Below are positions 11,684-21,245 of a DNA stretch of 32,011 nucleotides, piece by piece (positions within the stretch are counted from its first letter, which is position 1; each line of letters starts with the position of its first letter). The notes beneath the pieces were generated by a model. It was given only the letters and a program-made list of their open reading frames with translations, ran no database searches and was not told where the DNA came from. The stretch lies in the NCBI RefSeq assembly GCF_001194135.2, contig NC_068988.1, positions 70,212,272 through 70,244,282 of the forward strand, written 5' to 3'. Both the position numbers and the translations under genes were made by a program. The DNA is from Octopus bimaculoides (lineage: Eukaryota).

Positions 11684-11972
11684 NNNNNNNNNNNNNNNNN
11701 NNNNNNNNNNNNNNNNNNNNNNNNNNNNNNNNNNNNNNNNNNNNNNNNNNNNNNNNNNNNNNNNNNNNNNNNNNNNNNNNNNNNNNNNNNNNNNNNNNNN
11801 NNNNNNNNNNNNNNNNNNNNNNNNNNNNNNNNNNNNNNNNNNNNNNNNNNNNNNNNNNNNNNNNNNNNNNNNNNNNNNNNNNNNNNNNNNNNNNNNNNNN
11901 NNNNNNNNNNNNNNNNNNNNNNNNNNNNNNNNNNNNNNNNNNNNNNNNNNNNNNNNNNNNNNNNNNNNNNNN

Positions 11973-12239
11973 GGGTGTTTTACTCAACATCCTTAAACAA
12001 ACCTTATTCAGAGACCTTTTGAGCGGGATGGGCTACTCGACCTGAAGAAAATTCTAACTGGTTCCCACTTGCGAGGTCATGCGCTGTTTATCTTGATCTG
12101 AGATCACCATGTCAGGCACATATGGTTGTGATGTATGTGCCTGGTGTACCCTTATCAGACGGGTAGTCATGTTGGGTATAATAGGCTTCGTATATTTTAC
12201 CCCAGTGTCACTTTGATGGCATACACTGTTCTCTCACTC
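11973..12239 (+). mobile_element. Probable R4/Dong-like retrotransposon extreme 3' end (ORF C-terminus plus UTR)
   Basis: Frame from 11974 reads GVLLNILKQTLFRDLLSGMGYST*, resembling the (G)TAHILRKTL termini of the two neighbouring copies. It ends ..ctcactc directly before (AAT)n. The 5' side is lost in a gap. Confidence 0.5.
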
Positions 12240-12313
12240 AATAATAATAATAATAACAACAACAACAACAACAACAAAAACAACAACTACAACAACAATA
12301 ATAGTAATGATAA

Positions 12314-12509
12314 TCTTTTCTACTATAGGCACAAGGCCTGAATTTGGTGGATTAGTGCGACCCCAAAACGCAAGTAGTACTTAATTTATCGATCTGGAAG
12401 GATGAAAGGCAAAGTCGACCTCGACGGAATTCGAACTAAGAACGTAGTGGTAGACGAAATAACGCTAAGCATTTCGCCCGGTGTGCTAATGATTCTGCTA
12501 GTTCGCCGT
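12314..12509 (-). mobile_element. SINE family A (tail-2)
   Basis: Reverse complement: cggcgaactagcagaatcattagcacaccgggcgaaatgcttagcgttatttcgtct..ttcgaattccgtcgaggtcgactttgcctttcatcc..ggccttgtgcctatagtagaaaag then (ATT)n. Confidence 0.9.
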
Positions 12510-12527
12510 TTTCAATAATGATAATAA

Positions 12528-13228
12528 TGCGACAAAACAATAGACCATCTTGTCCTGGGATGTCTGTGCTGATACCAAACGAATATAAAAATCACCCGAT
12601 AAGGTAGGACAGTATTTTCATTGGAAAATATGTAAACACTACAAAATCAGCAGTGATGCTTACTGGTATGAACCTCCCCGCGTGTCGTTGAAAGTAAAAA
12701 TGTCACTATTCTCTGGGATTTGCCAGTCAAAACTGACAGAACGATCCAGGCCACTCGACCAGGCATGATTATTAAAGACAGGGAAGAAAATAATTGTAGA
12801 TTAATAGATGTAAGCGTTTCCACTGATGAAAATATATCTGTAAAGGAATTTGAAATATCAAGTAAATATAATGAGCTGGAAATTCAAATACAAAAGATAT
12901 GGAATCTTAAAGCGAAAACTTCCTTTTATTGTAGGTACCCTAGGTATGATAAAAAAAAGTAATGTCAGAAACATCTAGATAAAATCATAGGAGAAACATG
13001 TCTCAGAGAAATTCAAAAGATTGTGCTGACAAGTACTGCCCACGTCCTTAGAAAAACTATATCCATTTAAATGTCTGTGTTGTATTACATGAAGATATTT
13101 TGCTACTGCCCTTACCACTTGCGCTCCCCAAGATTCCAGTCATACGGAAACATATCTTATTCTTCACTCGCCCCAAGACGCTGAGTGCGTCTCGGCACGT
13201 GATTGTAAAAAAACATGCCGATTAAAAG

Positions 13229-13230
<2 letters not shown>
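12528..13230 (+). mobile_element. 5'-truncated R4/Dong-like non-LTR retrotransposon (REL endonuclease region plus 3' UTR), decayed
   Basis: TIDHL..GC, HWKICKHY, TILWDLPVKTDRTIQATRPGMIIKD..LIDVSV..E..SKY..LEI..W, GTLG, STAHVLRKTISI* (stop 13068-13070). Bounded by aataat on both sides. Confidence 0.85.
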
Positions 13231-13291
<61 letters not shown>

Positions 13292-13317
13292 ATGATGATG
13301 ATGATGATGATGATAAT

Positions 13318-14940
13318 AACAAATGATAAACAGCTGGAAACACTACTACAGAGAGTACATGGATTTACCAAAGAAATGGATATGAAATTTGGATTAGTAA
13401 AAATGTGCCAAAGCAAACCTGAAAAGAGGAAAACTAGTTAAGAGTAGCAATATCACACCAAATAAAGCCAATAAAATAAGAGAATTTGACCAAAGCCAGA
13501 CATACAAATATTTAGGAATCAACGGACTAGATAGGATACAACACACACAAATGAAAGAGAAAATAAAGAAAGAATACTATAGAGGAGTTAGATCAATACT
13601 AAAAACAGAGCTCAATGCTAAAAACAAGATAATAGGTATTAACACTTTAGCGGTTCCAGTTATAAGTTACAGCTACAATATTCTTAACTGGACACTAAAC
13701 GAACTAAAGAAAATAGACAGTAAAACAAGAAACATAATGACAGGATCTAGGATGTACCACACAAAATCTGACATAGGCTATATATACAACGTACAGAAGG
13801 TGGGAGAGGCCTTATACAGCTGGAAAACTATTATAAAATAACCACCATAGGACTGCAAAAATACCTACTTCAGAAGCAAGGAAAACTAATACAAATAGCC
13901 ACAAAACACGAGCAAAACAAAAAAACAGTTTTCAGTATTTAAGGAAGCTGACAAATACAAACAAGAAATCATACTACCTAACAAATACGAAAACGAAGAA
14001 GAAGAAACAACAAAAGCTATAAAACAAATGAAAACGAAACTAAAATTAGAACAACAACGGACCATGATAAAACGATGGCAAGAAAAGTCCCTACATGGCA
14101 AATACTGGGCTAAACTAAATGCAAAAGAAATAGACAGAGAAAAATCCCAGCAATGGTTGAGAAGCTCAGGACTCAAAGCAGAGACTGAAAGATTTTTAAT
14201 TGCTGCACAAGACCAAAGCCTCCCCACTAGAAATTACCAAAAACATATAATGAAAAGAAACATAACAAGTATCTGCAGAATATTTGGCGATGGACAAGAA
14301 ACAATAAATCATATTATCTCTGGCTGCCCAGTCCTGGCTAAGAAGGAATATATTCACAGACACGACAGAGCTGGGACTTACATACACTGGAAGCTATGCC
14401 AACACTATGGAATAACAACAGAAAAAAGATGGTATAGGCACACGCCAGAAAAGGTAATAGAAAACGAGAAAGCAACCATACTCTGGGATATACTAATGCA
14501 CACAGATAGAGAAATTAAGGCAAATAGGCCAGATATAGTTATCAGTGATCCTGAAGGGAAAAAAAGCTTTCTAACTGATGTATCAATACCAGCAGATGAC
14601 AACGTTTACCTAAAAGAAATTGAGAAACTTTCAAAATACAAACACCTGGAAATAGAAGTAACTCGAATGTGAAATCTAAAAACAGAAACAATTCCTATCA
14701 TAGTAGGTGCCTTAGGTATGATAAAAAATATTCAGACAAATACACAACAAAACACCAGGACTTAAAAGTATATATGTAACATACAGAAAATTGCACTACT
14801 GGGCACTGCACACATCCTACGCAAAACACTTTCAATAAAGTAACAATAAGAGCATCACAGCAAACCACAGCACATACCCAAGGCGCACAGAGCCGTGCTC
14901 GGTGGTGAAGAGAAAGCACGCTACAAAAATAAAACTACTG
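13318..14940 (+). mobile_element. 5'-truncated R4/Dong-like non-LTR retrotransposon (RT C-terminal half, zinc knuckle, REL endonuclease, 3' UTR)
   Basis: DKQLETLL..MKFGLVKCAK; YKYLGI; KNKIIGINTLAVPVISYS; HGKYW; LKAETE..IAAQDQSLPTRNY; CRI(F)GDGQETINHIISGC; ANRPDIVI..DVSIP..E.EKLSKY; GTAHILRKTLSIK* (stop 14841-14843). Frameshifts and stops present. (AAT)n on both flanks. Confidence 0.92.
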
Positions 14941-15023
14941 AATAATAACAATAATAACAATAATAATAATAATAATAAAAATAATCATAATAATAATAAT
15001 AATAATAATAAGAAGAATAATAA

Positions 15024-15054
<31 letters not shown>

Positions 15055-15317
15055 AAAAAGAAGAAGCTCCAGGTTAATTAATAACATGGACGTGCATTAA
15101 GAAGCTCTCTTCACAAAATTGATGCGATGAAAGGACAACTTCACAATGTAACGGTGGGAAAAGTTCTGTCAAAGCTTATGAACTAAAAAAAATCGGAAAG
15201 AGTTTTGTTATTTAGTGTAGTTTCTTTCTTAAATGTGGGAAAGCATCACTTTCACAGTAAGTACGTAAATTGAATAATTACCTTTACATTCAATTGTCCA
15301 TGCATCTACGTCCATAT

Positions 15318-15545
15318 GGAGAATCATTAGCACGCCGGGCGAAATACTTAGCGGTATTTCGTCTGCCGTTACGTTCTGACACCAACACCGGTTGCCAAGC
15401 AGTGATGGTGGGACAAACACAGACACAAGTACACACACACATAGATATATATACACAAACTTCTTTTAGTTTTCGTTGACCAAATACACCCACAAGGCAT
15501 TGGTCGGCCCGTGATTATGGTAGAGAGCACTTTCCCAAAGGTGAC
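15318..15545. mobile_element. Chimeric SINE fragment: family-A head (+) fused to a family-B internal part (-)
   Basis: gagaatcattagcacgccgggcgaaatacttagcggtatttcgtctgccgttacgttctga (A) continues directly into caccaacaccggttgccaagc..acaaacacagacac..cacaaggcattggtcggccc (B). Confidence 0.75.
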
Positions 15546-15569
15546 GCTAGCCAGAAGTTTGGAACATAC

Positions 15570-15600
<31 letters not shown>

Positions 15601-15601
15601 G

Positions 15602-15642
<41 letters not shown>

Positions 15643-16913
15643 TTGCATCTATATATACAACTAAGTATCTGGAGAAACTGATAGAGATGGTGGTAGTCCC
15701 TCATTCAGACAGGCAGTCAGATAGGTTAATATGAAGAGAGGAAGATAGTAAAGTAGAAAACAAGATTAACTGGCCGACAGTTAGGCAGGCAGATAAAGAG
15801 TTACATGTCGTCAGACTTGCAGAGCCGATAAATTATGGGGCGTAATCAAACCAGGGACAAACAAAGACACCCATTGCAGCTGACATTCTTTAGATAAACT
15901 TTGATTTTGGCTGTATTGCTCGAGGCCACGTTAAATTTTATTAGGTGTTATACTTTATTCAACTCAAAAATACCTCATCGATAAAGAGTTTCGATTAACA
16001 GTGACCCAGGTAATTTGTCTATGTATTAACATTCTTGATTAATTGCTCTGTATAAAATAAGTTCATGCCATACATCAAACCCTGGAAACGAAAGTGTCGA
16101 CAAAAATAAGTTGAAACAAAAGAGATGTATTTATTTTACGCTTACGTACCCTATAAATAAAAACTAACAATAAAATATAAAAACTCAGATTACACAATTG
16201 AAGTGATTGGAGAGTTGCGTTTGAATGTGAACAGCTGTTTTCAGTAATTGGTATTGTGTCTAATTTATTGCACTATCTTCTGAAGAACAATAAAGCTCGA
16301 ACGTTTCCACTCTCCTCCTTCATTCGGATAAACGCATAAAAAACATTTCTTTCCTTCGATAATAAATATACTAATTTAAAGAGCTTTAATATATAGAAGC
16401 TCACAAATCAGAACGAATTGCATTCATTTACTGAGAATTTAAAATCTGTTAATTATTTAAGTTTGCATGGAAGAAGACAAAATCATTTTCGTTTTCTATC
16501 AAGTATGGAGAGGAAACACTTGATTGCAATTTATTTCTGTTTGACTGTCCATCTATCTGTCTGTTTGTTTCTTCTCTCCCTCCCCCCTCTCTCTCTTTCT
16601 CTCTCTCCCTCTTTCTCTCCATCTCTCTCCCTCCCTCCCCCTCTCCNNNNNNNNNNGGAAACACTTGATTGCAATTTATTTCTGTTTGACTGTCCATCTA
16701 TCTGTCTGTTTGTTTCTTCTCTCCCTCCCCCCTCTCTCTCCCTATCATTCTAAATCGGCAGATCTCTATTTGGTTGTTGCTAATCAAATGAAGATGCTTG
16801 CTGGTGTCAAGTCTTGCAAAAACACAATGCTTATGCAAGAAGCTAGCAACTGCTGTCTGAGTGGCTGTCTATTTGTTTGTCTCTTCTCCCCATCTCCATC
16901 CGTCCACTCTCTC

Positions 16914-16956
<43 letters not shown>

Positions 16957-17549
16957 AATTGGCTGATCTCCATTTGGTTATTGCTACTGAAACGAGGATG
17001 CCAGCTGGTTCCAAGATTGGGTGAAAGAGAAAGCATGAGCTAGAGGTTAGCAACCGTTTCTCAACTGAAGAAAATAAACAAAACTAAAAAAGTAAGTGTT
17101 CTACAGAAACCGTCTAAAGAAGCTAGAAAATTTCTGCGACACTTTGATAGACATGATTGTTATTATAATTTTTACTTTTGTTGTTGCACTCTTTTAGAAT
17201 GTCGTCATTTTTGCAATTTTCACCATAGCAATCGTCTTTTCGATTTGTTGTGCTTTTATCAATATGTTGTTCTCTTTAAATCATTTGAGCTAAATCAATG
17301 AAATGGTTGAATATCGATCTGCGTATACTTATTGTGAATATTTTGTAAAGTAAATATAAGGATCAATGACATGTTAGTGTAAACATATTTCCATTGAGTT
17401 GATCACAACAATTTACGGTCGATAAATTGAAATAAATACGAAAATTTAAAACTATCTGAAGAAATTTAAATTTGTTTTGTGCACTCTTTTCAATATGGTA
17501 TTGTGTTTAAGAAAATATTGATTTTTTTTGATAGGTTCGAAGTTAAATA

Positions 17550-17795
17550 TTTATGGCTAGATCCTAGATTCTGGAGTGTAACACAATATCTCATTTCCTT
17601 ACCAAGATGTTATGTTAGTTAATTTACAAGCCACAATTGAGATTTCAATTGAGATGCGAAACCAAATGATTTGCCTTATTACATATTTCTTGATGCTGTA
17701 CACTGACTACCAATCTCAAATAAATTAGGCAAAATTATATGCCAGCATTTGTGCAACAGTATCATGCTTTACGTAAGAAATTCGAGGACGACGAC

Positions 17796-17836
<41 letters not shown>

Positions 17837-18130
17837 CGACGACGACGATGATGATAATGATGATGATGATGATGATTATATAGCAAAACCCCTTGGTAGA
17901 TATTTCTATTGTAGTTATATAATTATAAATATCAAAAGCGGTGAACATTTGGTTTGGTGGTCCAATAGATTGAATTATTTTCCTTTCGCCTCTCAGATGC
18001 TGCCATAATTCCGTTTCCAATTTGTTTTGAATAAAGGCAAATGAGACACATATGGCGTGTAATTGTAGCACAAATAAAAATGGTTTCATATAATCAGAAG
18101 GAGATTAAATAAAAGAACATTTCCGAAAGA
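17550..18130 (+). mobile_element. Possible hAT transposase C-terminal relic, highly decayed
   Basis: LDPRF at 17557-17571. About 100 codons later (excluding the microsatellite) DDYIAKP..HLVWWSNRLNYFPFASQM resembles the hAT dimerisation motif (ExxYLxEP..DPLxWW..FPxLS). Motifs are in different frames. Confidence 0.4.
17787..17876 (+). repeat. (GAT/GAC)n trinucleotide microsatellite
   Basis: Seen directly. Confidence 0.97.
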
Positions 18131-18590
18131 CAAATATTAAAGCATGAAAATGAGTAAAATATTAGAAATTGTCTGATCTGGTTTTTGATGTTATCGTTTG
18201 GTAGCAGGTCAACCATGACATCGGAATCTTATATGAAAAACAGTATATCTATGATAACATTTTCCAACGTGTATTTACTTTGCTATGATCTTAGGTGATT
18301 TCAGACAGATTTTGCTACTATTTTTAATAGAGTGCGCTATTACCAGAGATTGTTCAGTTGGAGACCCTCTCACATACCGAATTGCTTAATCCACACCGCA
18401 TTTTTAACATATTCTTACAAAATCTGTCATTGCACCGTTCAGATGCGATAAAAACTCTTTAGATAGTGTTAAGTTTCGAAGGAAGTGGTCGACATCATAT
18501 TTAGCTTCATCAGGTGATGTAATTTTTCCACATAAACCACATCATTGATATCGTAGTTTTGTGTTCTGTAGGTCTGAGTTTTGTGAAAAT

Positions 18591-18859
18591 TCTTTTATTC
18601 TTTTACGTGTTTCATTCATTTGACTGCAGCTATGCGGGAGCACCACCTTGAAGAGTTTTAGTTGAAGAAATCCAGGACTAATTTTTAAAGCCCAGTACTA
18701 TCGGCCACTTATGCCGAACCACTAAGTTACAGGGGACGTAAACACACCAACACCGGTTGTCAAGCGGTGATGGAGGAACAGACACAGACATAATAGACAT
18801 AAAGATACACACATAAATATATACATACATACACATGTATATATATATATGTGTGTGTC
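18591..18859 (-). mobile_element. SINE family B, 3' half
   Basis: cttttattcttttacgtgtttcattcatttgactgcagctatgcgggagcaccacctt..gccgaaccactaagttacaggggacgtaaacacacc, homologous to 26590-26800. Confidence 0.85.
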
Positions 18860-19442
18860 NNNNNNNNNNNNNNNNNNNNNNNNNNNNNNNNNNNNNNNNN
18901 NNNNNNNNNNNNNNNNNNNNNNNNNNNNNNNNNNNNNNNNNNNNNNNNNNNNNNNNNNNNNNNNNNNNNNNNNNNNNNNNNNNNNNNNNNNNNNNNNNNN
19001 NNNNNNNNNNNNNNNNNNNNNNNNNNNNNNNNNNNNNNNNNNNNNNNNNNNNNNNNNNNNNNNNNNNNNNNNNNNNNNNNNNNNNNNNNNNNNNNNNNNN
19101 NNNNNNNNNNNNNNNNNNNNNNNNNNNNNNNNNNNNNNNNNNNNNNNNNNNNNNNNNNNNNNNNNNNNNNNNNNNNNNNNNNNNNNNNNNNNNNNNNNNN
19201 NNNNNNNNNNNNNNNNNNNNNNNNNNNNNNNNNNNNNNNNNNNNNNNNNNNNNNNNNNNNNNNNNNNNNNNNNNNNNNNNNNNNNNNNNNNNNNNNNNNN
19301 NNNNNNNNNNNNNNNNNNNNNNNNNNNNNNNNNNNNNTATATATAAATCCCCCCCAAAAAACGAAGAACAAACACACACAAAATCAACAACGCGAAGAAG
19401 TGGTACTGTATTAGCAGACGCTCAGGGAAGGAAAGAAAGATG

Positions 19443-19477
19443 GTTTAACGTTTCGAGCAGAGCTCTTCTTCGGAAAC
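19443..19477 (-). ncRNA. Minimal hammerhead-like motif (dimer type, no loop III), one core substitution
   Basis: Minus strand: gttt-CCGAAGA-a-gag-ctctg-ctc-GAAAC-GTT-aaac. Stem I gttt/aaac, stem II gag/ctc, palindromic AACGTT. Confidence 0.45.
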
Positions 19478-19534
19478 AGAGGAAAGTCTAATAGAAAAGA
19501 CGGAGGAAGAAACCCCAACGATCCACATATTGTT

Positions 19535-19583
<49 letters not shown>

Positions 19584-19585
<2 letters not shown>

Positions 19586-19748
19586 CGACGGTCTTCTTTC
19601 TGTTTCCATCTATCAAATCCACTCACAAGGCTTTGGTCGGCCCGAGGCTAAGCTAGAAGAAACTTGTCAAGGTGGCATATAGTGTGACCAAATCCGGAAC
19701 CATGTGGTTGGAAGACAAGTTTTTTACCACACAGTTATGCTTGCGCCT
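19584..19748 (-). mobile_element. SINE family B, 5' half (tRNA head plus CORE-like segment)
   Basis: Reverse complement: aggcgcaagcataactgtgtggtaaaaaacttgtcttccaaccacatggttccggatttggtcacac..gccaccttgacaag..gcctcgggccgaccaaagccttgtgagtggatttg. Confidence 0.85.
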
Positions 19749-19869
19749 ATATAAAGACGATGATAAGCTTTATGTTATAGTTTGTACGTATGGAACGAAT
19801 GACTAAATATTTTGTTGGGTGCGGGAATCATACAGTGGAATGTACAGTTCTAAACAGAAATACGTAGTT

Positions 19870-20461
19870 AGCTTGTGGAAAGTACCATTTGAGCAGTGAC
19901 TTATGAGACAAATACCACTGAAGTTGAACAATGTCATTCAGTAATCATTTTCTGTCAACGATGATCAAAAGACATGTGATTAGAAATATGCGATGATACT
20001 TTATACACAAGGAAACAACAAAATATGCAATTGATAATCCTGCTGAAATGAACCATCCAGTGGCTTTCCCAGCTTTTCCAACACGGCAACGCTTGCCACC
20101 ACGTCGCAAATTTGAACAAAAGTGCTTCAGACGAGTTATATTGGAAAGTTCTACAGTACTCAACGTATTTTTCTCACACATCATCTTCAAATTATCACTT
20201 CTTCTGTCGATCATCAACAATTTCCGAGGTCGTTCGTTCAAAAGCGAAGTAGTGCTCAAAAAGTGGCATGATAAATTCTCTTCTCAAGACCCAGTGATTT
20301 CTGCCGACAAAGCATTAATAATCTAGTGGAACGTTAGCAAGAATTCGTGAACAGTGAAAGTGGATATCTAATTAACTGATTTGTGTAAATTGCTGGTAAA
20401 AAAAAAAAGAATTACTCTGAATGAAAAAAAGTATCGAACGAAATGATCTGACAACCAAATG
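19870..20461 (+). mobile_element. mariner (DD34D) transposase relic with a possible 3' TIR remnant
   Basis: Frame from 20067 reads SQLFQHGNACHHVANLNKSASDELYWKVLQYSTYFSHTSSSNYHFF, equivalent to HDNARPH..LGWEVLPHPPYSPDLAPSDYHLF with 34-residue spacing and both Asp mutated. After a frameshift: NNFRGRSFKSEVVLKKWHDKF. The end (gatctgacaaccaaat) is mariner-TIR-like. The 5' boundary is approximate. Confidence 0.75.
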
Positions 20462-20508
20462 TGGGTGTGGGTGTGCGAGCGCGCGTGTTCGTGTTTATAT
20501 CCAGACAT

Positions 20509-20772
20509 ATGCTTAACGGTATTTCGTCTGTCTTTACGTTCTGAGTTCAACTTACGCCGAGGTCAACTTAGCCTTTCATCCTTTCGGGGTCAATAAATTA
20601 AGTACCAGTTACGCACTGGGGTCGATATAATCGACTTAATCCGTTTGTCTGTCCTTGTTTGTCCCCTCTGTGTGTAGCCCGTTGTGGGCAGTAAAGAAAT
20701 AGGTATTTCGTCTGCCACTACGTTCTGAGTTCAAAATTTCCAGCCTTGTGTCTAGAGTAGAAAAGAATATTT
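20509..20772 (+). mobile_element. Composite family-A SINE (tail-1 unit, then repeated head piece, then tail-2 end)
   Basis: gcttaacggtatttcgtct..gagttcaa..gcctttcatcctttcggggtc..tail-1..gtaaagaaata|ggtatttcgtctgccactacgttctgagttcaaa|atttccagccttgtgtctagagtagaaaagaatatt. Confidence 0.85.
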
Positions 20773-20821
20773 AAGGCGGCGAGCTGGAAGAAACGTTAGC
20801 ACGCCGGGCGANNNNNNNNNN

Positions 20822-21079
20822 ACGCCGAGGTCAACTTAGCCTTTCATCCTTTCGGGGTCAATAAATTAAGTACCAGTTACGCACTGGGGTCGATATAATC
20901 GACTTAATCCGTTTGTCTGTCCTTGTTTGTCCCCTCTGTGTGTAGCCCGTTGTGGGCAGTAAAGAAATAGGTATTTCGTCTGCCACTACGTTCTGAGTTC
21001 AAAATTTCCAGCCTTGTGTCTAGAGTAGAAAAGAATATTTAAGGCGGCGAGCTGGAAGAAACGTTAGCACGCCGGGCGA
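20822..21079 (+). other. Exact 258-bp duplicate of 20554-20811 across a 10-N gap (likely assembly overlap artefact)
   Basis: Identical sequence on both sides of N 20812-20821. Confidence 0.85.
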
Positions 21080-21245
21080 AATGCTTAGCGGTATTTCGTC
21101 TGTCGTTGCGTTCTGCGCTCAAATTCCGCCGAGGTCGACTTAGTCTTTCATCCTTTTGGGGTCGATAAATTAAGTGCCAGTTGCGTACTGGGGTCTATCT
21201 AATCAACTGCCCCCTTGCCCCAAAATTTCGGCCTTGTGCCTAAAG
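21043..21245 (+). mobile_element. SINE family A, full-length tail-2 copy
   Basis: ggcggcgagctggaagaaacgttagcacgccgggcgaaatgcttagcggtatttcgtc..ctcaaattccgccgaggtcgac..ccaaaatttcggccttgtgcc, with A-box-like and B-box-like motifs. Confidence 0.9.

Larger units (their letters stand above)
12240..15066 (+). repeat. Cluster of (AAT)n-based microsatellite runs separating the retroposons (12240-12313, 13231-13317, 14941-15066)
   Basis: AAT/AAC, AAT/GAT and AAT/AAG runs seen directly. Confidence 0.95.

Noticed and set aside
10891-12509. CRISPR-like array or tRNA genes
   Set aside because: The repeats are about 200-bp diverged SINEs in a eukaryotic context. The heads have A/B boxes but no complete cloverleaf.
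16512-16740. About 83-bp direct repeat (16512.. and 16657..)
   Set aside because: It straddles a 10-N placeholder gap next to a CT tract, so it is a likely assembly artefact.
19945-20259. Minus-strand ORF with a GPCR-like YHRIFLITCLLIIVDRK and a TRPM-like KAGKATGWFISAG
   Set aside because: It is the antisense of the mariner relic, which explains the region better; there are no other supporting motifs.
20048-20326. 92-aa ORF as a host gene
   Set aside because: It is partly out-of-frame, partly in-frame mariner transposase sequence.
20554-21079. Apparent recent 258-bp tandem duplication of SINE sequence
   Set aside because: The copies are identical and separated by exactly 10 N, typical of an unmerged contig overlap. 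A real array cannot be excluded without long reads.
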